A stretch of DNA of 64,000 nt from Myxococcota bacterium (GCA_036229005.1 JAZAMN010000040.1:1-64000); one strand, 5' to 3'; shown: positions 1-9,924, counted from the stretch's first letter. Notes: generated by a model from the letters alone, not told the origin. Program-made: numbers and translations.

Positions 1-1219
1 GGGGCGCGGGCGCCCCCGCCGCCGCGGCGGGGCGGGGGGGGGGGGGGGGCGGGGGGGCGCGCTGGGGGGGGTAGGGCTCGGGCGGCGGGGGCGGCGCGGG
101 CTCCTCGGCGCGGGCGCGGCGCGGGCGGCGGCTCTGGCTCACCCGGGGGTTGGGGCTGTCCACGCTGCGACGGGGGCTGCGCGGGGCTCCGGGGGGCGAC
201 CAGGCCTCGCGCTGACCGGCATCGATTGCGTCATCGCGCAGTGCGGCCAGATCCTCGCGGGAGATCTGCTGGGTCTTGCCGTCGTCCAGGGCCTGCCCGG
301 TGCTGCGCCGCAGGCCGCGGCGCGCCATGGTCTCCATCACCTCCATCAGGGAGGGACCCTCGGCGTGGGCCAGGGTGGTGCGGACGGCCCGCAGGAAGTC
401 CTCGCCGTCCAGGAAGCGGTCCTCGCTGCGGCCCTTGAGGCAGGTGCCCAGCAGCTCGCGCACCCTAGGCTGGAGCTGGTCCTTGTAGGCGTAGAGGCGG
501 CGGGAGCCCTCCGCCCGCGAGGCCTGGCGGCGGATCTCGGTGACCAGCCCGTCGTAGACCGGCTTGCCGGTGATCAGCTCGAAGGCGACCAGGGCCAGGG
601 AGAAGAGGTCGGTGGACAGGCCCTCCTCCAGGCCCTCCAGCCGCTCCGGCGGGCAGTAGCGGAAGCTGTCCTCGGTCGGGACCTGGCCGCTGTCGTCCAG
701 GAACTGCATCACCTCGACCTGGGGCAGCGCGTAGCCCAGGATCTCGACCTGCCCGTCCGACTTGAGCATCACCCGCCAGGGGTTCAGGCCGCCGTGGGCG
801 TAGACCCCGTGCTGGGCGCCAGCGTCGGAGGCCTCGACCAGGATCTGGCCGGCCGCGTAGAGCAGCTCCAGGCCCGCGCGTGTCCCGCCGACTTCGCCCG
901 TGTCGGCCAGGCCGCGCACGACCTCGGCCAGGGACCAGGCCTGCCCGGTCTGGTAGACGAAGGCGCCGCCCGCGCGGTCGCTGGCCGCGAGCTCCAGCAG
1001 GCCGGTGACGTAGGGGGCCTCCAAGAAGCCCAGGATCACGTCCAGCGCCGGCCCGATGGCGGGGTGGCTGCGGTACTCGGGGTGGAACACGACGGCGGTG
1101 TGGCGGTAGCCCCGGCCGTCATCCAGCTCCACAAGGTCTGCCCCCGGCCCCAGCGTCTTGCGGCCGGTGGTCTGGAAGCCCGCGATCTCTTGCATCCAGG
1201 TCCTCAGGTGGAGGCCCAT
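1..1219 (-). CDS. Ser/Thr protein kinase-fold protein with degenerate catalytic motifs (probable pseudokinase) and Pro-rich C-terminal region; runs off the window edge
   Basis: Not in the ORF track. Manual translation from ATG 1219 (GGAGAG RBS upstream): MGLHLRTWMQEIAG...AHGGLNPWRVMLKSDGQVEILGYAL...FRYCPPERL...STDLFSLALVAFELITGKPVY...LLGTCL..EDRF, matching kinase subdomains VIb-XI. Confidence 0.8.
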   Translation of the reverse strand, partial: MGLHLRTWMQEIAGFQTTGRKTLGPGADLVELDDGRGYRHTAVVFHPEYRSHPAIGPALDVILGFLEAPYVTGLLELAASDRAGGAFVYQTGQAWSLAEVVRGLADTGEVGGTRAGLELLYAAGQILVEASDAGAQHGVYAHGGLNPWRVMLKSDGQVEILGYALPQVEVMQFLDDSGQVPTEDSFRYCPPERLEGLEEGLSTDLFSLALVAFELITGKPVYDGLVTEIRRQASRAEGSRRLYAYKDQLQPRVRELLGTCLKGRSEDRFLDGEDFLRAVRTTLAHAEGPSLMEVMETMARRGLRRSTGQALDDGKTQQISREDLAALRDDAIDAGQREAWSPPGAPRSPRRSVDSPNPRVSQSRRPRRARAEEPAPPPPPEPYPPQRAPPPPPPPRPAAAAGAPAP

Positions 1220-1301
1220 CGTACACTCTCCGCGCGCCCAAGACACCCAGGGGTCTCCCGGGGGTGCGCGCGCGCTCCCAACCGCCCCCCGCAGGACTCC
1301 G

Positions 1302-3761
1302 ATGGCCGGCCGCTACGACCAGCAGAAGCGCCCAGGCGCCAAGGCCGTCAAGCAGCCGGAGAACGCGGCCCAGGGGCCCGAGGAGCAGGCCCCGGAGCTG
1401 GAGCTCGACAGGGAGCTCGCCAGCCAGGAGCAGGCCCAGCAGGTGGGCAGCGCGGTGGGCAACGCCGACCTGCAGAAGATGCTCAACGAGAGCGGTCAGG
1501 TCGGGCGGGAGAGCGAACTGCAGACCGGCTTGGAGCAGGACGCCGGCAACCTGGAGGCTGAAGAGGGGCTGGCCGAGTACCTGGAGGGCGTCGGGGGCCC
1601 CCTGCACCTCTCCGCCGGGGTGGGCACCAGCGCCATGGAGCGCCTGCTGGGCGGCGATCCCGAGGACGAGGGCCCGCCTCTGCCACCGCGGGTCCACTTC
1701 TCCCGCCGCAACCGCATCCCCCGCGCCCGCGCCAACGACCAGGAGGACACGCCGATCCAGGAGATCGAGGATCTGCTGGAGGAGGAGCTGCCGCCACTGG
1801 GCGAGGCGGGGGTCCCCCAGGGCGATGAGCGCCTGGACGCGCTGTGGTCCTGGATGCAGAAGCCCAGCGCCTTCGCCGCTCCCCAGCTCCCCCCCGAGAC
1901 CCTGGCCGCGCGCCCCGGAGTCCACGAGCGCCCCCCGGCCATGGGCGCCTTCCTGCGCCGCCACGCCGCCTCCCCCCTGGCCCGCTGGCTCGCCCGCCTG
2001 GCCCGTCCCCTCCCCGGCCCCGCCCAGGGCGCCTCCCTGCTGGCCCGCGCCGCCCTGATGGCCGAGCTCGCCGCCCACGCCGAGGCCCGCCTGCGCCCCC
2101 TGGACGTGGTCAACCGGGCCTGCGCAATGGCCCTGGAGTCCGACGTCGGGCCCCGCTCCCGCCGCGCCGCCCGCCTCTGCCTGGAGAAGCGCCAGCTCCG
2201 AGGGCCCCTGGTGCTGGAGGTCGCGCTGCACGGCGCCCCCCTCCCCGCCGGCACCGCGCTGGCCAGCCCCGGCCCCGGCGGCCTGGCCCTGCTGCAGTCC
2301 GCCCTGGAGTTCTGCGCCCAGCCCTTGCCCATCGTGCCCCCCGGCCGGCACGCCCAACCCCTGGAGGCCGACGCCTCCGCCGACGACAGCACCGAGGCCA
2401 TCGACGCCCTGATGGCCCATCTGCTGGGTGGAGAGGCCGCCCCCACCATGAGCGAGGAGCGCCTGGCCCCCGTCCTGGACGGCGCGGACGACCTGCTGCT
2501 GATCGCGGGCCGCGCCCAGATCGAGCTCGCCGCCGCCGCCATCGCCGTCCGACGCGCCGCCGGGTCCCTGGTCGCCACCCGCGTCTCCGCCCTGCTCAAG
2601 GCCACCGACCGCGAGCTCCGCACCTGCGCCAAGGAGGTCTCCGCCGTCGCCGAGGCCGTCGACAACCTGGTCAACGTCCCCTACGCCCGCGCCCAGGCCC
2701 CCGTCCAGGCCGCCGAGACCCTGCTCGAGGCCCTCGCAGCCCGCATCCAGCGCCTCCGCGACGCGGCCCTCGGGACACTGGCTTGGGCGTCCACGGGGCG
2801 GGTGGACTCCTCCAGTCCCGTGGCCCACCTCTCCCTGCCGCTGGGCGCCCCCGGACCCTTCACGGAGCTGCTGACCGCAGTCGAGGACACCCCGCTGCTG
2901 GGCCGCGGCCTGGAGCAGGCCCGGCGCCTGGAGGCCCAGGCCTTCGCGAGCCTGCTGCCCAGCACCCCCCAGGCCGAGAAGGGCCGCCTGCTGCTGCGTC
3001 AGGGCCAGCGCCTGCTTGCCCAGGGCCACCCCGCCGCCCCCGAGCGCCTGGCCAACGCCACCGCCGCCCTGGAGCGCGCCGGCTCCCCCCTGGCCCAGTG
3101 CGCCCGGATCGAGGTCGTGCGCGCCATGGCGCAGCGCGGCCGGCTCGCCGACGCCCGCGCGCTCTTCGCCCGCTGCGCGCCCCAGGCCGCCCCCCTGCAC
3201 CACGCCCTGGCGGCCCTCGCCCTGGGCGAGGACCTCGCCCTCTCCCGCGTCCGCGAGCACCTCCACACCGGCCCGGTGGAGCTCCAGGCCGCCGCACACA
3301 GCGCCCTGGCCGAGGCCCTGGCGGACACCGGCCGCCACGACGACGCCCAGCGGCACCTGCTGGCCCTGCGCGCTCTGGCCCAGGAACACGGGGATCCCGC
3401 GCACCAGGCGGTCGCCAGCCTGGGCCTGCTCGCCAACGCGCTGCTGGGGGCCCGGCCGCTTCAGCCGCACCTCGGGGATGCCATGCAGTGCAGAGATCGG
3501 CTGGTGGCCATGGCGGCTCTGGCGGTGTGCCCCCCGACTCCGTGGACCACGGGCCTGCTCGCCTCCCACGCGCTGCAGCACCGCAACTGGACGGCCTGGC
3601 AGCTCGCCGTGATCGACGCGCACCGGGCCCTCAGCGCGCGGGACCCCCAGCTCGCCAAGAGCCTGCTTGTAGGTGGACTCTCCCTGCTCCGGGAGCGTGG
3701 CGAGCCGGGCGCGCTGCTGCAGGCCCGGGTGCTGGAGGTCTACGCCTTGGCGTCGGCGTAG
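1302..3761 (+). CDS. Hypothetical protein; acidic N-terminus with a QQVGSAVGNADLQKML motif, then Ala/Leu-rich helical (TPR-like) C-terminal half
   Basis: ORF 1158-3761; ATG 1302 preceded by AGGA; GC3-rich codons in this frame. Confidence 0.7.
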   Translation: MAGRYDQQKRPGAKAVKQPENAAQGPEEQAPELELDRELASQEQAQQVGSAVGNADLQKMLNESGQVGRESELQTGLEQDAGNLEAEEGLAEYLEGVGGPLHLSAGVGTSAMERLLGGDPEDEGPPLPPRVHFSRRNRIPRARANDQEDTPIQEIEDLLEEELPPLGEAGVPQGDERLDALWSWMQKPSAFAAPQLPPETLAARPGVHERPPAMGAFLRRHAASPLARWLARLARPLPGPAQGASLLARAALMAELAAHAEARLRPLDVVNRACAMALESDVGPRSRRAARLCLEKRQLRGPLVLEVALHGAPLPAGTALASPGPGGLALLQSALEFCAQPLPIVPPGRHAQPLEADASADDSTEAIDALMAHLLGGEAAPTMSEERLAPVLDGADDLLLIAGRAQIELAAAAIAVRRAAGSLVATRVSALLKATDRELRTCAKEVSAVAEAVDNLVNVPYARAQAPVQAAETLLEALAARIQRLRDAALGTLAWASTGRVDSSSPVAHLSLPLGAPGPFTELLTAVEDTPLLGRGLEQARRLEAQAFASLLPSTPQAEKGRLLLRQGQRLLAQGHPAAPERLANATAALERAGSPLAQCARIEVVRAMAQRGRLADARALFARCAPQAAPLHHALAALALGEDLALSRVREHLHTGPVELQAAAHSALAEALADTGRHDDAQRHLLALRALAQEHGDPAHQAVASLGLLANALLGARPLQPHLGDAMQCRDRLVAMAALAVCPPTPWTTGLLASHALQHRNWTAWQLAVIDAHRALSARDPQLAKSLLVGGLSLLRERGEPGALLQARVLEVYALASA

Positions 3762-4366
3762 ATCGCGTAGGGGCAGACCATCTCGGCCTGGGCGAGCACG
3801 TGGCCCTCCATGGCCTGACGCACCTGCTCCAGGGTGAAGGCGCCGTCCACGGGCAGCCGGTCCACGTCCAGGGCGAACACGGCCAGGTGGTAGTGGTGCA
3901 GGCGCGTGTCGTTCCAGGGGGGACAGGGCCCGTCGTAGCCCATGTAGGAGCCGGCCATGTCGGGGTCGCCGGCGAACCAGCCCGTGTAGTCGTTCTGACC
4001 GCAGCGGCCGTTGGGGGCGCTCTCCGCGGTCTTGCCGCCGCCGACGATGCCCTCGCCGTGGGTGCCCTCGGCGAGCTCCTGCAGGGCGGGGGGCAGGTCC
4101 ACCAGGATCCAGTGGGAGAAGTCCGCGCGCGGCAGGTCGTAGGGGACCGTCTTGCCGTCCTGGTTGACGTCCTCGCCGCTGGTCGGCACGTCCACGTCCC
4201 ACATCAGCAGCACGTAGCTGCGGGTCCCGGTGGGCGCGCCCGACCAGGCCACGTGGGGGCTGACGTTCTCGCTGGGGGCAAAGCGACCGTCCTCCCCGCG
4301 CTTTCCAAAGGCGAAGCGCTCGGGGACGCGCTCTCCGTCCACCAAGCTGTTCGAGCGGATCTGCAT
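3740..4366 (-). CDS. YbhB/YbcL family (PEBP, Raf kinase inhibitor-like) protein
   Basis: NVSPHVAWSGAP, DVDVP, FSHWILVDLP, GYDGPCPPWND, HHYHLAVFALD; ATG 4366 with GGAG RBS. Confidence 0.9.
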   Translation of the reverse strand: MQIRSNSLVDGERVPERFAFGKRGEDGRFAPSENVSPHVAWSGAPTGTRSYVLLMWDVDVPTSGEDVNQDGKTVPYDLPRADFSHWILVDLPPALQELAEGTHGEGIVGGGKTAESAPNGRCGQNDYTGWFAGDPDMAGSYMGYDGPCPPWNDTRLHHYHLAVFALDVDRLPVDGAFTLEQVRQAMEGHVLAQAEMVCPYAIYADAKA

Positions 4367-4406
4367 GCGGCTCTCCTGTTCTGTGCCGGCAGGATAGCCA
4401 AGGCCC

Positions 4407-4934
4407 GTGCTGCTCTGGACCGCGACGACCCTGTGGCTGGACCGCCCGCGTCCTGCTCCCCCCGGCCCCTTCGACCTGATCGTTGTGCTGGGCTGCCGCG
4501 TGCTGCCCGACGGCGCGCTCTCCCCCACCCTGGCCCGGCGCGTCGCCTGCGGTGCGGCGGCCTACCACCAGGGGCTGGGTCCCAAGGTGCTGGTGACCGG
4601 TGGGGCAGTCAAGGGTGCACCGCAAGAGGCCGCCGCGATGGCCTACACACTGCAGCGGGAGCACGGCGTCCCCAGCGAGGACATCCTGCTGGAGACCCAG
4701 GCCCAGAACACCTGGGACAACGCCCACTACACCCTGCAGACGGCCCCTGACGCCCGCATGCTGGTGGTGAGCTGCAACTGGCACCTGCCCCGCGCGCTGC
4801 TCCACTTCCGCAACCTGGGTGCCGATGCGGAGGGCCTGGGCGCCCGTGGCCCCCTCCCCGACCGGCTCCAGGCCGCCGCCCGCGAAGCCCCCGCCTACTG
4901 GCTGGCCCGCTGGCGCGGCTCCGGGCCCCTCTGA
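4407..4934 (+). CDS. YdcF/DUF218 family protein
   Basis: DLIVVLG, LVTGG, EAAAM, ILLETQAQNTWDNA, WHLPRA motifs. Confidence 0.85.
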   Translation: MLLWTATTLWLDRPRPAPPGPFDLIVVLGCRVLPDGALSPTLARRVACGAAAYHQGLGPKVLVTGGAVKGAPQEAAAMAYTLQREHGVPSEDILLETQAQNTWDNAHYTLQTAPDARMLVVSCNWHLPRALLHFRNLGADAEGLGARGPLPDRLQAAAREAPAYWLARWRGSGPL

Positions 4935-4973
4935 ACCCCCTGTCCGCTGGCATACTGAGCCCTCGGAGACCCG

Positions 4974-5570
4974 ATGATCCCCCTGCTGCTGAGCACCCTG
5001 GCGCTGGCCGGCCCCAGCGTCGAGGCCCCCGCCAAGAACGCCTCGCTGGAGACCGGCGGCGTACTCCAGGCCATCCGCCCCGGCGTCCACGTGGCCGTCG
5101 ACAGCGACCTCTTGGTCTCCCCCCGCGACCGCCTCTTCACCGACGAGGAGCTGATCCGCACCCTCTCCGGCTCGGTGGGCGTGATGGGCTGGTGGCACCC
5201 CCGCAACCAGACCCCCCTGTTCGTCCAGGGCGAGCTCTCGCTGCGCCGCACGGGCACCTGGCTGGGCTTCCAGAAGGAGCTCTCGGTGGGCCTGGGCCTG
5301 GGCTACGCCATCAACGGCGGCTGGACCTACCGCTACTCGGACTCCGGCGAGCTCTGGGGCACCCCCGTGGGCGGCCGCCCCTTCATCGCCCCCAGCGTCG
5401 GCATCGGCCTGGGCCAGGACCTCAGCCAGGTCAAGCCCAAGGTCCAGGTCACCTGGTACACCCGCGCGCGCATGCACTACCAGTGGCCCTACAACGTGGC
5501 CGGCGCCCCCGTGTTCACCGCAGAAGCGGGCATCCGCCGCCCCATCCAGCTTCCCAGGAGCCGCAAGTGA
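4974..5570 (+). CDS. Secreted hypothetical protein, probable outer-membrane beta-barrel
   Basis: Short signal MIPLLLSTLALA; alternating beta-strand pattern; GGAG RBS. Confidence 0.6.
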   Translation: MIPLLLSTLALAGPSVEAPAKNASLETGGVLQAIRPGVHVAVDSDLLVSPRDRLFTDEELIRTLSGSVGVMGWWHPRNQTPLFVQGELSLRRTGTWLGFQKELSVGLGLGYAINGGWTYRYSDSGELWGTPVGGRPFIAPSVGIGLGQDLSQVKPKVQVTWYTRARMHYQWPYNVAGAPVFTAEAGIRRPIQLPRSRK

Positions 5571-6601
5571 CCCCTCTGCTCTCCCTGCTGCTCCCGGGCC
5601 TGCTGGCCTGCGCCGAAGACCCCTCGGACATGAGCGATTACTGGTACTTCCGCACCGACCACGTGGACATCCCCGTCCGGGTGGAGGGCAACCTGGAGTC
5701 CGGCGTCATCCTGCTCATGCTCCACGGCGGCCCCGGCGGCACGGGCGTGGACTACAACTACGGCTACGACACCGAGCTCATCGAGGACGCCTTCGCGGTG
5801 GCCTACTTCGACCAGCGCTCCCAGGGCGGCACCCACGGCCGCTACGGCATGGAGCTGCTGACCATCCAGCAGGTGGCCACCGACACCGCCAACCTGGTGG
5901 ACGCCCTCCGCGACCGCTACGGCCAGGACAAGCAGGTCTGGCTCTACGGCCACTCCTGGGGCGGCATGCTGGGTACCGCCACCCTGCTGGACACCGACGC
6001 CGACGTGGACGGCTGGATCGAGGCCGCCGGCAGCCACGACTACCCCCTCAACGACGTCTACACCGCCGAGATGTACGTCCGCGTCTCCACCGAGAAGCTG
6101 GCCGAGGACATCTCCGACGACGACCGCATCTTCTGGCAGGAGGTCAACGACTTCTCCACCGGCCTGGACCTGGAGAACATCAGCGCCAGCGAGTCCCTGC
6201 GCCTGAACCAGTACGGCTTCGAGGCCGAGGGCTACATGGACCTCAACGAAGGCCAGATGGGCACCGAGGGCCTGCTCGAGTACCTCTTCCTGAACCCCAC
6301 CGTGCGCTCCACGAGCTGGTTCTCGGGCCTCTTCGGCGGCTCGGCCCTAAACGACGACGCCTCGGACACCAGCTACACCGACCGGCTGGACGAGATCACG
6401 GTGCCCTCGCTGTTCATCTACGGCGACTCCGACTTCGTCTGCCCCAAGGAGCTGGGCCGCGACGCCTACGAGCGCGTGAGCACCGACAAGACCGACTACA
6501 TCGTGCTCGAGGCCAGCGGCCACAGCCTGATGGTCAACCAGCCCATCGAGTTCGCAAACAGCCTGATCGACTTCGTGGACGAGCACGGGCAGCCCCGGTG
6601 A
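5567..6601 (+). CDS. Alpha/beta hydrolase lipoprotein (proline iminopeptidase-like)
   Basis: LHGGPG, FDQR, GHSWGG nucleophile elbow, GDSDFVCP, SGHS; lipobox LLAC; GTG overlaps upstream stop (GTGA). Confidence 0.85.
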   Translation: MTPLLSLLLPGLLACAEDPSDMSDYWYFRTDHVDIPVRVEGNLESGVILLMLHGGPGGTGVDYNYGYDTELIEDAFAVAYFDQRSQGGTHGRYGMELLTIQQVATDTANLVDALRDRYGQDKQVWLYGHSWGGMLGTATLLDTDADVDGWIEAAGSHDYPLNDVYTAEMYVRVSTEKLAEDISDDDRIFWQEVNDFSTGLDLENISASESLRLNQYGFEAEGYMDLNEGQMGTEGLLEYLFLNPTVRSTSWFSGLFGGSALNDDASDTSYTDRLDEITVPSLFIYGDSDFVCPKELGRDAYERVSTDKTDYIVLEASGHSLMVNQPIEFANSLIDFVDEHGQPR

Positions 6602-7983
6602 AGCTCTTCTCCCAGCAGGCGCTCCTGGGCCCGGACCTGGAGCTGGCCTCCGCGTGCGTGCACGTGGACGGCCACCAGATCACCCGCGTCGAGCGCCGCC
6701 CGGACGCCCCCGATGGCGCCCTGGATCTGGGCCGCAAGGTCCTCGCCCCCGCCTGGGTCAACGCCCACACCCACGTCGCGCTGGTGGCCCTGCGTGGCTT
6801 CGCGGGGCTGGCCGCCCAGGGCGGCAACATGGTCGAGGAGCTCTACTTCCGGGTCGAGCGCAACATGGAGCCCGCCGACGTCAAGGCCCTGGCCCGCGTC
6901 GGCGCGGTGGACTGCCTGCTCTCGGGAACCGGCGCGGTCTGGGACCACTACTACCACGGCGTGGCACTCGCCGAAGCGCTCGTTGAATGCGGACTCGCCG
7001 CCGCCCTCGCCCCCGCCCTCCAGGACCTCGATGGGCCCGGGGTGCCCCTGCTGGAGGACAGCTTCCAGCAGCTCCAGGAGTTGGGAAAGCCCGCCTGGGA
7101 GGCCCAGGGCATCCTCCCCGTCATCGGCCCCCACGCCACCGACACCGTCTCCCCCGCGCTCTGGGCCCGCTGCCGCGATCTGGCCGTCCAGACCGGCTGG
7201 CCCGTGCACTTCCACGTGGCCCAGTCGGCCGAAGAGTGGGAGCGCATCCACGCCCGCCACGGCTGCAGCCCCGTCCAGCTCCTCCAGCGCCAGGGCCTGC
7301 TCGAGGCCGGCGTCCCCCTGCTCATGGTCCACGGGCTCTACGTGAGCGAGGCGGATCTGGATCTGCTGGACCCCGATCTGCACCGCCTGGGCCACTGCCC
7401 CGCCGCCCAGTCCCAGTTCGACTTCCCCGCAGACGAGGTCACCTGGAGGCAGCGCGGCCTCAAGGTGGCCCTGGGCACCGACGCAGGCTCCTGCAACGAC
7501 ACGATGGACCCCCAGGCCGAGCTGCGCATGATGGCCGCGGCCAGCTCCTGGGCCATCACGCAGGGGCCGGAGGCGGTGGACTTCAGACGCAGTTCCTCGC
7601 CGATGGCCCTGCAGGCGATCCGGGCGCGCAGGGCCAGGCATCTGGGCGATAGGGAGAGCGCCCGTGAGCTGCTCCAGCGCATCACCTCGCTCCCTGGAGA
7701 CCTGCACCCGCAGATGCCCGTCGGCCGCATCCAGGCGGGCTACTGGGCCAACCTGCAGGTCATCGACCCCGACAGCCCCGGCATGTGGCCGGCCCACGAC
7801 GTCTACCAGGCGCTGGCCTTCTCCCAGGTCCAACCAGCCATCTGGGGGCTGATGGTGCGCGGACGCTGGATCGGCGAGCCCGGGAACCTGCGCGGCGCGC
7901 TGCTGGGGAGCGACTGGTGGCGGCAGGCCCAGCAGGAGGCCCGGGGACGCCTGGAGGCTCTGCTGCGCCGCAGCGGGCTCTGA
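6598..7983 (+). CDS. Metal-dependent amidohydrolase (MTA/SAH deaminase-like)
   Basis: VNAHTH, GPHA, HFHVAQ, VHG, HCP, ALGTD motifs. Confidence 0.85.
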   Translation: MKLFSQQALLGPDLELASACVHVDGHQITRVERRPDAPDGALDLGRKVLAPAWVNAHTHVALVALRGFAGLAAQGGNMVEELYFRVERNMEPADVKALARVGAVDCLLSGTGAVWDHYYHGVALAEALVECGLAAALAPALQDLDGPGVPLLEDSFQQLQELGKPAWEAQGILPVIGPHATDTVSPALWARCRDLAVQTGWPVHFHVAQSAEEWERIHARHGCSPVQLLQRQGLLEAGVPLLMVHGLYVSEADLDLLDPDLHRLGHCPAAQSQFDFPADEVTWRQRGLKVALGTDAGSCNDTMDPQAELRMMAAASSWAITQGPEAVDFRRSSSPMALQAIRARRARHLGDRESARELLQRITSLPGDLHPQMPVGRIQAGYWANLQVIDPDSPGMWPAHDVYQALAFSQVQPAIWGLMVRGRWIGEPGNLRGALLGSDWWRQAQQEARGRLEALLRRSGL

Positions 7984-8075
7984 AGGACAGGGCGCCGCAG
8001 ATCTGACGCAGACCTTGACGCGGCTTGGGGCTGCGGGCGGATCAGGCTACCTTTGCCCTCCTGCCAGAGGTCCCC

Positions 8076-9275
8076 ATGTTCGACGTTCTCTCCCGCGACT
8101 CCAAGACGAAGGGCTCCAAGAAGGGCGGCGGCCGCGGGAGGAAACGAAAGGACCACCTGGAGGACCCGCTCACGGCCAAAGCCACGGTCGTCGGCGCCGC
8201 CGAGGACAGCGAGTACGCGTTCGACGACAGCTTCACGCCGGCGCTGCTCTCCAAGATGAACGACGAGGGCAAGAGCCTGGACGACGCCCTGGGCGAGCTG
8301 GGCGACTCCCCCCTGCTGCTCAACGAAGACTCCGCCGACAACGACGAGGGCCTGCACCACCCGACCATCGTCAGCTACGGCAAGGAGCGCGCCGCCAAGG
8401 GCAAGCGCAAGGCCCAGAAGCGCGCCGTGCTGGTCGCCAACCAGAAGTACAAGCACATCAGCGAGCTGAGCACCCCCGCCGCCGAGACCGCCAGCCTGGC
8501 GGGCACCCTCAAGGGCCAGGGCTACAAGGCCAAGGTCTGGAACAACCGCACGGCCAAGTCCATGAAGTCCCAGTACGACGACATGGTGTCCAAGGCCAAG
8601 GAAGGCGACCAGCTCGTGGCCTACTTCTCGGGCCACGGCGCCGAGGACGGGCTGGTCGGCATCAAGTACAACTTTGACGAGAACAACGACATGATGCCCT
8701 ACAGCGAGGTCAGCTCCGTCGTGAGCGCGGCCACCGCCAAGGGCGCGAACATCCGCTTCATCATGGACGCCTGCCACTCGGGCACCGGCGCCCAGCTCGT
8801 CCGCAGCCAGCAGATCGGCAAGCTGGCCGAAGAGGGCGAGACCATGACCGGCAAGGTCGTCTCCCTGGCCCTGGGCGCGCTCCAGGACAACCGCGGCGAG
8901 CTGCTCAAGCACACCCAGGACCGCACCGCCGCCATCGACGAGGCCGAGCAGGCCATCGCCGACCACCAGGAGCTGGCCCCCGCCGACGACGCCCCCGACG
9001 CCGAGTGGGACGCCTGGGAGGCCAAGGACGACAAGCTGCGCGCCAAGGTCGACAAGATCGCCGCGCGCTTTGACCGCAAGGCCAAGACCTTGTGGAAGCG
9101 CATGTTCGACGGGATGGCCTACGTGGCCCAGTTCACCGGCCTGGACGAGCCCCCCAAGGCCGTCGCCGACCCCCGCACCATGGGCGCCCAGCTCCAGGCC
9201 ATCGACAAGATGTCCAACAACCTGCTCAAGTGGGGCCAGGACGCTGAGGCCGAGGCCCGCGAGGCCGCCAAGTGA
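8076..9275 (+). CDS. Caspase-family (peptidase C14, metacaspase/orthocaspase-like) protein with helical C-terminal extension
   Basis: KRAVLVANQKY, YFSGHG (catalytic His), FIMDACHSG (catalytic Cys); ATG 8076 with GAGG RBS. Confidence 0.85.
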   Translation: MFDVLSRDSKTKGSKKGGGRGRKRKDHLEDPLTAKATVVGAAEDSEYAFDDSFTPALLSKMNDEGKSLDDALGELGDSPLLLNEDSADNDEGLHHPTIVSYGKERAAKGKRKAQKRAVLVANQKYKHISELSTPAAETASLAGTLKGQGYKAKVWNNRTAKSMKSQYDDMVSKAKEGDQLVAYFSGHGAEDGLVGIKYNFDENNDMMPYSEVSSVVSAATAKGANIRFIMDACHSGTGAQLVRSQQIGKLAEEGETMTGKVVSLALGALQDNRGELLKHTQDRTAAIDEAEQAIADHQELAPADDAPDAEWDAWEAKDDKLRAKVDKIAARFDRKAKTLWKRMFDGMAYVAQFTGLDEPPKAVADPRTMGAQLQAIDKMSNNLLKWGQDAEAEAREAAK

Positions 9276-9919
9276 GCTGGCTGCTGGGGCTCCTGGCCTG
9301 CGGGAGCCCCGCCGCAGCTCCGCCCCCAGCCACTCCCGGAGCCCCCGTGCCCACCCACACCCTCAAGACCGTCACCGGCCTGCAGCGCCCCGGCGCCGAC
9401 GGCTACGCGCGCGTCCAGCCCCCCACCGACCGCCCCCTCACCCTGATGGCGGGCGACCGGCTCTGGGTGCAGGCCTTCGCCCCCGACAGCCACTGGGTCT
9501 ACGGCGTCGCCGCCTCCGGCCAGGAGCGCTTCTGGTCGCTGTTCGTCTCCGAGCCGGGCAGCCAGGTCGCCGCCGGTGAGCGCTTCCCCCTGCCCCAGGG
9601 CCAGGACATCGACGCCGCCGGCGCGGGCATGGACACCCTCTACGTCCTGAGCGCGCCCGAGCCCATCGCCTGGCTCCAGGGCTTCGAGTCCCAGGACTGC
9701 GAGGGGCTCTCTGGGCAGCCCAAGCCCCAGAACCCCACCACTCTCTGCGAGCAGCTCCACGCCCTCATCTGGCAGGCACCCGCCCGCATCCGAGGACAGG
9801 CGCGGCAGACCCCCGCGGAGCTGATCCGCAAGCGCGGGGTGGTCACCGTCTTTGGCAGCGTGGCCGAGCACAGCGGCGAGGGCGTGGTGGTCGTCCAGAC
9901 CCCCTTCCTGCAGCCCTGA
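9272..9919 (+). CDS. Hypothetical lipoprotein (possibly DUF4384-like)
   Basis: MSWLLGLLAC lipobox; GTGA overlap with caspase stop; LMAGDRLWVQ...DTLYVLSAPEPI pattern. Confidence 0.6.
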   Translation: MSWLLGLLACGSPAAAPPPATPGAPVPTHTLKTVTGLQRPGADGYARVQPPTDRPLTLMAGDRLWVQAFAPDSHWVYGVAASGQERFWSLFVSEPGSQVAAGERFPLPQGQDIDAAGAGMDTLYVLSAPEPIAWLQGFESQDCEGLSGQPKPQNPTTLCEQLHALIWQAPARIRGQARQTPAELIRKRGVVTVFGSVAEHSGEGVVVVQTPFLQP

Positions 9920-9924
9920 GCGCC

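Noticed and set aside
1..130. G-rich tract as a G-quadruplex or regulatory element
   Set aside because: Explained by the Pro-rich linker of the minus-strand gene; may also be low-quality contig-end sequence
1119..5477. 1452-aa minus-strand ORF and similar long ORFs (e.g. 60503-63607, 52086-54953, 48297-51122, 15173-17500)
   Set aside because: Antisense or frame-shifted shadows of recognisable genes, caused by stop-codon scarcity at high GC
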